From contig JBHLKY010000007.1 in the NCBI GenBank assembly GCA_048886185.1, forward strand, positions 195,383 to 227,382: a stretch of 32,000 nt of DNA, written 5' to 3'. A program made the translations under genes and the position numbers. Source of the DNA: Candidatus Hermodarchaeota archaeon. GTDB lineage: Archaea > Asgardarchaeota > Heimdallarchaeia > Hodarchaeales > Hodarchaeaceae. The notes below the pieces were generated by a model. It had not been told where the DNA came from, did no database searches, and saw only the letters and a program-made list of their open reading frames with translations. Positions 28,578 to 32,000 of the stretch are shown one piece after another (within the stretch, counting starts at the first letter, position 1; each line of letters opens with the position of its first letter).

Positions 28578-28774
28578 TTTTCTTCTTGCTTCTCATTCCA
28601 TCGCCTTGAACCACATTTTGGACATTTTTTCGGGAGTCTTTCCGTTCTTCTAATCCACTCTTCCCCACATTTTTGGCACACAAGCTCAAAATCTTTAGTA
28701 GTAAAAACAAGTGTTTTTTTTACCGTCTTCATCTTTTGTCTTCCCAATTTTACTATGATTGTTTTTGTCGTCAT
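28574..28774 (-). CDS. small C4 zinc-ribbon protein of the type common on archaeal plasmids/viruses
   Basis: CQKCGEEWIRRTERLPKKCPKCGSRRWN, i.e. CxxCxxxWxxRxxxxPxxCPxCxSxxW. Confidence 0.8.
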   Translation of the reverse strand: MTTKTIIVKLGRQKMKTVKKTLVFTTKDFELVCQKCGEEWIRRTERLPKKCPKCGSRRWNEKQEEK

Positions 28775-28784
28775 CTTGAAGAAA

Positions 28785-28835
28785 TATCAAAGTTTTTTCA
28801 ATTTGATAACCAGCAAACAAAACTTATTTATAAAT
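28785..28835 (-). promoter_or_regulatory. inverted repeat between a TATA-like box and the Zn-ribbon start
   Basis: TATCAAA(28785-91)-10 nt-TTTGATA(28802-08). Palindromic ATTTATAAAT at 28826-28835. Confidence 0.45.
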
Positions 28836-28910
28836 GTTGGGTTAGTAAATAACTCCTTTCTTTATCTATATAGCGTACATGAAAATAAAACATTTTTTAA
28901 TCATTCTATT

Positions 28911-28970
28911 ATCATTAAATAAAAAAAGAAAAGAATTAATATCATTAAATAATAAAAAAAATGAATTAAT
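28911..28970 (+). repeat. imperfect 30-bp AT-rich tandem duplication
   Basis: ATCATTAAATAAAAAAAGAAAAGAATTAAT then ATCATTAAATAATAAAAAAAATGAATTAAT, 27/30 identical. Confidence 0.85.
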
Positions 28971-29093
28971 ATAGTCGGCAGCTAGAGTGTATTCATAGCT
29001 ATTGACAGGCCCAGATGAAAAAATGAGAATATGCAACAAATTGCATATTCTAGTAAAAAACTTGAAAAACGAAAAGAGAAGAAAATCAATCAT

Positions 29094-29261
29094 TTATTGC
29101 TGTCTCTCCTCCTTCTCTTCTTCTAACTTTTCGATTCGTTTTTCTAGTTCTTCTACTTTCTTTTCTAAATTTTCTAGTTTTTCTAATTTAACAAATATAT
29201 GCTGAAATGCATCTAACTCAGCTCGCTGTCTTTTAGATAGTGACAATTCATAAACAACCAT
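29094..29261 (-). CDS. 55-aa coiled-coil micro-protein (absent from the ORF track)
   Basis: Hand translation MVVYELSLSKRQRAELDAFQHIFVKLEKLENLEKKVEELEKRIEKLEEEKEERQQ*. Clear heptad pattern, GGAG just upstream. Confidence 0.65.
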   Translation of the reverse strand: MVVYELSLSKRQRAELDAFQHIFVKLEKLENLEKKVEELEKRIEKLEEEKEERQQ

Positions 29262-29520
29262 ACTCCAGTAAGTTTTCTCATTTTATGATTATATTCAATT
29301 CATGTCTAACATCTCGAGTATATAAGTCGCACGGTCTAATAAACCGACCTTTGAAGAAAAAATAATACGTTCATTTTTGAAACGAAAAACTCATCTTCTT
29401 CAAGAGGAAAAATGATCAACGTATGTGTCTACACCACAAAATTTCGGGTGTATATATTTCAATCAAGATTTATAAACTCGGTGTATACATTTAGGGATAG
29501 TACGTTGGTTATACTCAAAA

Positions 29521-29542
29521 ATGACTTCAAAAGTGAAGTCAT
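29521..29542. promoter_or_regulatory. perfect 9-4-9 inverted repeat
   Basis: ATGACTTCA-AAAG-TGAAGTCAT. Confidence 0.5.
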
Positions 29543-29946
29543 AATTTTTGAAAAGTCCTATAAATTCTTCTAATCCTTTTAAATTTGTTTACAAATGCCA
29601 ACACTATACTAAATAGGTATATCAGAATATTAATAACTATCACTAGTTTTCTTGCTTCTTTTTTTTATTTGGTTAATTAATAAGCTGTCAGTGAACGTTG
29701 GTTAGTAATTGGGACAATATAATAGTATAGCACCGATTCTTGTACCGATAGACCTCGAAAGGAAATACCTTTAGTTGGATTTTTCTTATTGTTTTGATTA
29801 ACCATTGATATTCGTGAAATGATTTGAGCTTGTAAGTACTGAGCTAGAGTATGTTCAAGCACAATAAATTAATTCTTGCAGAAATGGAAGGATATATATA
29901 TAACAATTATAGTTACAATAATAGTTTGCATAATAGAGGTTGTCAA

Positions 29947-30300
29947 TTGAATCTTATTGAGAAATGGCAGGCAGCTTATCGCAAAGGATTTGCAAAGCCA
30001 ATTATCCTAAATATTCTTTATAATGAGGTAGAAAGCTATCCATATCGAATAACTAAGCAAATATCCGCAAATACTCATGGACAATTAACAATTGCGCCAT
30101 CCAATATTTATCCAATTCTTAAAGAGATGGTTCATGAGGATTTGATATATGAAAAAGGTGTTGATGAAAGAAGGATTATTTACAGTATTACTAAGCGAGG
30201 AAGAGCATTTTTTGAAGATCTTAGTAACCATCTGTGCGAATTTTTGTCTGCAATGCAGAAAAATTTTGACAATCCCAAAGAGTTGAAGAAGGATGAATAA
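29947..30300 (+). CDS. PadR family transcriptional regulator
   Basis: KG...IILNIL...ESYPYRITKQI......IAPSNIYPILKEM...L...RIIYSITKRG. TTG at 29947 after GAGG preferred over ATG 29851. Confidence 0.9.
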   Translation: MNLIEKWQAAYRKGFAKPIILNILYNEVESYPYRITKQISANTHGQLTIAPSNIYPILKEMVHEDLIYEKGVDERRIIYSITKRGRAFFEDLSNHLCEFLSAMQKNFDNPKELKKDE

Positions 30301-30934
30301 AGAAATGGAATTAATAGATGATTATATTCAAGAAGTTAATATCTGGTTACCATATCCAATGAATTTGAAATCTAAGATTCTAGAAAATCTCAAATCTGAT
30401 ATTCTAGAAACTATTAAAGATACAGGTGAAAAAAATCCAGTATTAGCCTTTGGTGATCCCTATCATGTTGCTAAAAGTATTAGTAAAGGTCAAGACTGGG
30501 GAACAATTCGTGCAGATTATGGAACGCGTTTTTGGGCTTATTTATTTGACCAAGTTATTATTTTTCTAGGAATACTGATTGGTATTTATCTATATATCAG
30601 CATCTCCCTGAGATCAGGGTTCAACTCATTATCCTTATTTTTTACTGCATTTTTTGTGCTGCTTCCATATACCCTTTTCTGGATATATGGTTATTTCGTT
30701 ATCTTAGAAAAAATATTTGCTGCAACACCTGGAAAACGACTATTAGGTTTATCAGTTTGTGATGAATCAGGGGTTCGTATAACGTGGCTTCAAGCAATAA
30801 TAAGAAATATTACGAAATTTGAAACTACATTATTGTTGTTAGATACTATAATTGCACATTATCAAAAAACAAATTACCAGCGATTAATGGATACTGTGGC
30901 CAAAACCATTGTGGTTAGAAGAATTAATTTTTAG
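30293..30934 (+). CDS. HAAS (DUF1700-like) signalling domain fused to an RDD-family membrane domain
   Basis: N-terminal IDDYIQEV...L......ILENLKSDI......FGDPYHVAKSI (HAAS). RDD hallmarks TRFWAYLFD, TPGKRLLGL.V, AIIRN and QRLMD..AKTIVV. 8-bp overlap with PadR. Confidence 0.88.
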   Translation: MNKEMELIDDYIQEVNIWLPYPMNLKSKILENLKSDILETIKDTGEKNPVLAFGDPYHVAKSISKGQDWGTIRADYGTRFWAYLFDQVIIFLGILIGIYLYISISLRSGFNSLSLFFTAFFVLLPYTLFWIYGYFVILEKIFAATPGKRLLGLSVCDESGVRITWLQAIIRNITKFETTLLLLDTIIAHYQKTNYQRLMDTVAKTIVVRRINF

Positions 30935-31236
30935 ATCATGATAATTGCTTAAATCGGTTAACACACTATCCGAAGGATTTTAGCTCGAATAAACGGTTGA
31001 ATAAGCAACAGCTGGAATTTAGGTGCTTAATTATAGCTTACTCCTGTGATGATCTAGCACTGATTTTTGGATAGAGTAATCTATATAGAACGTTCATTTA
31101 TCATTGATATACAATATTCAAATGTCGTCAAGCAAAAATTATAATTGTTAAAGCCAGCTTTTGAGAAATTTTGACTTGTATATATCAGAATTTGTCGTTT
31201 AAGTTGGTTATATTCAAATGTCATAAAATGTCATTG

Positions 31237-31268
31237 ATCGTTGGTATTACACAAGAACCTCCGTATGT
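31237..31268 (+). repeat. 32-bp direct repeat, copy 2 (attR-like candidate)
   Basis: ATCGTTGGTATTACACAAGAACCTCCGTATGT, one mismatch (C>A) to copy 1. Confidence 0.9.
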
Positions 31269-31951
31269 TTATCCAATATGAATCCCTGATTGTAGAGAAC
31301 AATATTGATCTGACCTCATTTTTTTAAATTTATGGAAATTATCGACAATATTAATCCTGAAAATATTCAAATCCTCAAGGAATTGCAAGAAACTTTAAAA
31401 TTTGAATCATTACCATGAGAAGATCAGAGCTGGACACTTTCATAGGTCCCTAGAAAAATCCCTTTCTTCTAGAATCAATATTCTCTCCCTTATTCATATA
31501 AAGTTATCTTGTACCACAGTAAGTCATTTTAGGTTAAGAATATGTCGGAATCAAACCACCAGATAAATTCTGGTGAAGAATCGAATTAGATAAATGGGCG
31601 AATTTAACAGAAAGAAATGCCCTTTTCAGAGATTGAATCGAACAAGCTTAAATTAAAAATTATCTTAAAGAAGCCCAGGAGATTGTACGATTTGGAAGGT
31701 GAGTGTTAATTCAGATCAAAGAGTTAGATCATTTTTATGATAGAAATTTCTTGTTGAAATCGAAGAGGGGTAGTGGAGAGGATCTGTTTTCCATTCTCTA
31801 ATGTTAAGGATTTTATTTTGTCAAAAATATCCAAAAAATCATTCATTGACAAAATGCGAGTATCTCAAGAAGTTCCGTAATATTAGTGCTTAAAAGGAAG
31901 AATAGAGAATGATATGGTTGGTTATGTCTGTTAAAGAAAGTGGATTTTACC

Positions 31952-32000
31952 ATGAATGAATCAAAAGAAAATAGAGAAAAGAATAAATTTTGGTTTAAAG
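31952..32000 (+). CDS. possible start of a gene running off the window
   Basis: ATG AAT GAA TCA AAA... is open to the edge (MNESKENREKNKFWFK). Too short to assess. Confidence 0.3.
   Translation, partial: MNESKENREKNKFWFK

Larger units (their letters stand above)
24662..31268. mobile_element. putative integrated or decayed element delimited by 32-bp direct repeats (no integrase seen)
   Basis: Direct repeats at both ends. The interior has accessory genes, apparently higher-GC cargo, tandem repeats, hairpins and a plasmid/virus-type Zn-ribbon micro-ORF. Confidence 0.4.

Noticed and set aside
1891-28653. Antisense or out-of-frame ORFs in the track (e.g. 1891..2172, 2269..2520, 3381..3899, 4657..4857, 5421..5627, 7829..8062, 14820..15074, 18182..18502, 22084..22347, 27034..27474, 28321..28653)
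   Set aside because: They overlap well-supported genes or the pseudogene and have no motifs of their own. These are shadow ORFs.
29851-29946. N-terminal extension of PadR given by the ORF track
   Set aside because: Low-complexity Asn/Tyr-rich sequence. TTG 29947 with an upstream GAGG gives a normal PadR length.
24662-31268. 32-bp repeat as a CRISPR repeat, a tRNA-derived att site or a group II intron domain V
   Set aside because: Only two copies 6.5 kb apart and no cas genes. The reverse strand has GGTTCG but no pairing T-stem. GAACCTCCGTATG resembles the start of domain V but the closing strand is missing.
30935-31951. Short ORFs in the 1-kb gap after the RDD gene
   Set aside because: All are 30 codons or fewer, or lack starts, and no motifs were recognised. 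The region is treated as decayed or non-coding apart from the 32-bp repeat.

Overview
AT-rich prokaryotic chromosomal window. An archaeal origin, probably Asgard (Heimdallarchaeia-like), is inferred from TATA boxes, GGTG/GGAG-type ribosome-binding sites, frequent TTG/GTG starts, a TrmB-type wHTH and surface proteins ending in a Thr-rich linker, TM helix and basic tail. No marker gene is present to confirm this. From start to end the window holds: three tandem bacterial-PH (bPH_2/YdbS-like) membrane paralogs; an ABC-2 exporter; a coupled operon of a 2-methyleneglutarate-mutase-like AdoCbl enzyme and a divergent ProC-like reductase; a beta-propeller surface protein; an unannotated 55-aa C2H2/DUF1059-like protein; a PI3K/PI4K/HipA-superfamily kinase (DRHxxN plus IDFG); a C-terminal TrmB-wHTH protein; a membrane protein; a complete group 3b [NiFe] sulfhydrogenase operon (hydBGDA) whose large subunit has no C-terminal extension; a pseudogenised MDR dehydrogenase fragment; an Ig-repeat/CBM surface protein; a second ABC-2 exporter with a divergent membrane protein/wHTH pair; and a 6.6-kb segment (24662-31268) bracketed by 32-bp direct repeats. 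That segment carries TetR/hydrolase cargo, tandem repeats, paired hairpins, plasmid/virus-like micro-ORFs and a PadR/HAAS-RDD pair. No rRNA, tRNA, CRISPR array, integrase or transposase was recognised. All family assignments come from motif reading and recall of reference proteins, not from database searches.
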